24,000 nt of DNA. Source: an uncultured Chloroflexia bacterium. Lineage in GTDB: Bacteria; Chloroflexota; Anaerolineae; UBA4142. Under the pieces are notes generated by a model. It made no database searches. It was not told the DNA's origin and worked only from the letters and a program-made list of their open reading frames with translations. Of this stretch, positions 22,989 through 24,000 are shown one piece after another (within the stretch, counting starts at the first letter, position 1; every line of letters begins with the position of its first letter). Position numbers and translations under genes: made by a program. The DNA is taken from NCBI GenBank assembly GCA_963718225.1, contig CAVQYN010000019.1, positions 253,994-277,993 on the forward strand. Direction: 5' to 3'.

Positions 22989-23976
22989 TTAGAACAAGTG
23001 CTCGTCAACCAATCGCGCCGCGCCACCCGGCGCATTGACAATGATTTGTTGCACACCCTCGATTTTTTGCGCTAACGACGCTACTTGGTTCGCGTCTTTT
23101 GCCTCGCAAATCAAATGGACATTCGGTCCCGCGTCGAGTGTAAAGTACACGCCGAGTCCTTCGCTTCGCCATTGCTGTGCCGCTTGAATCACGCGCACCA
23201 TCGCCGGCGTCCAGTAAAAAATCGGCGGCGACTGAAGTCATTGCCATCATGTGCAATTCGACGGCATCTTCTTCGACGGCTGGACCAAGCGCGGACAAAT
23301 CCTTTGCGAAAATTGCGCGGCGCACGCGCTCCAATCGATTGGGCAAGGTACGCAAGCGTTCCGCGAGAAAATGACTCGATAGCGCGGCGGCGTGTCCATC
23401 GGTTGAACCAACTTTTTTTTCCTCGGTGCTAACAATCGCGATGACGTCGCGCAACGCCCAATGTTCCGGCGACGCGATGCTTGCCGCAAACGAACTCGCG
23501 CTATCCGCGCCGGCATACCATTCGACAAATCCCCCGGGAATCGAGCGCGCGGCGGAACCAGAACCTTGCCGCGCAAGGATCGATAATTCGCGTTCGCCAA
23601 GCTGCAAGCCCGCCGCGCGCGTCGCCGCCAGCGAGAGTGCTGCAAACGCGCTCGCGCTCGACGCGATGCCTGCGCCCATCGGAAAATTATTTTGCGATTG
23701 CACACACGCGCGCGTTTCGATTTTGGCAATTGCCCGCACGCGGTCGAGATGCGCGACGACCCGCTCATGCGCCGCGCCGCGTGTTTCCGCGCCGCCAATC
23801 GCAATCGCATCGGCGTTGAGATGCGCGTCGAAAGCGACGGTCGTCGTCGTCGTCGCGTGATCGAGATTCATCGAAATGGAATTATTGAGCGGAATGCGGA
23901 GCACGCCATCGCGATTGCCCCAGTATTTGATGAATGCAATGTTGCTGCAACTGACCGCAGTGGATTTTTGTGGCAT
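22989..23976 (-). CDS. mvaD: Diphosphomevalonate decarboxylase family (GHMP kinase fold) protein, either MVD or phosphomevalonate decarboxylase; one frameshift in this sequence
   Basis: NIAFIKYWGNRD...NNSISMNL....PMGAGIASSASAFAALSLA....LARQGSGSAARSIPGGFVEW lies in ORF 23005..23976. SPPIFYWTPAMVRVIQAAQQWRSEGLGVYFTLDAGPNVHLIC lies in the frame of 22989..23201. The join at about 23228-23236 (MMAMTS|SPPIFYW) fits one extra nt. The total of 988 nt is 3n+1. Confidence 0.85.
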
Positions 23977-24000
23977 TGATTTGCCTACCTTTTCTAAAAT

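Overview
GC-rich bacterial chromosomal window. The taxon is only a guess: bacterial mevalonate-pathway gene, Pro/Thr-rich surface linkers and 'GGGGCGACC...GGTCGCCCC' hairpin repeats suggest Chloroflexota. It is densely coded, with about 22 genes. Recognisable genes are a GT1 glycosyltransferase tail, MOFRL-type glycerate kinase, a FAH-family / C26 amidotransferase / TPR operon, comEC, a DASS anion transporter, a HAD-ubiX-PNPOx operon, a TPR-ndk operon, rsfS, selA and a diphosphomevalonate-decarboxylase homolog. The most system-like region is 7.2-11.9 kb. It is a compact, isolated Gram-positive-type type IV secretion-like module: a small 2-TM protein, a VirB6/TrbL-like polytopic protein, a PrgI/VirB3-like segment joined to a VirB4-like ATPase, and SH3-like proteins. 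It is transcribed back-to-back from comEC, and no relaxase, coupling protein or integrase is visible, which suggests a ComB-like DNA-uptake role (hypothesis only). Other notable items are listed in the findings. They include an ECF-type sigma factor fused through a TM helix to Ig-like/CARDB domains, and a 364-bp intergenic region with two back-to-back consensus promoters that each run into a strong intrinsic terminator. A major caveat is that at least 10 well-supported frameshifts, 2 tentative ones and one in-frame stop interrupt otherwise well-conserved genes, including housekeeping ones. This looks more like indel error in the assembly than real gene decay, but the sequence alone cannot decide. 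All family assignments are by-eye motif recognition; no searches were run.
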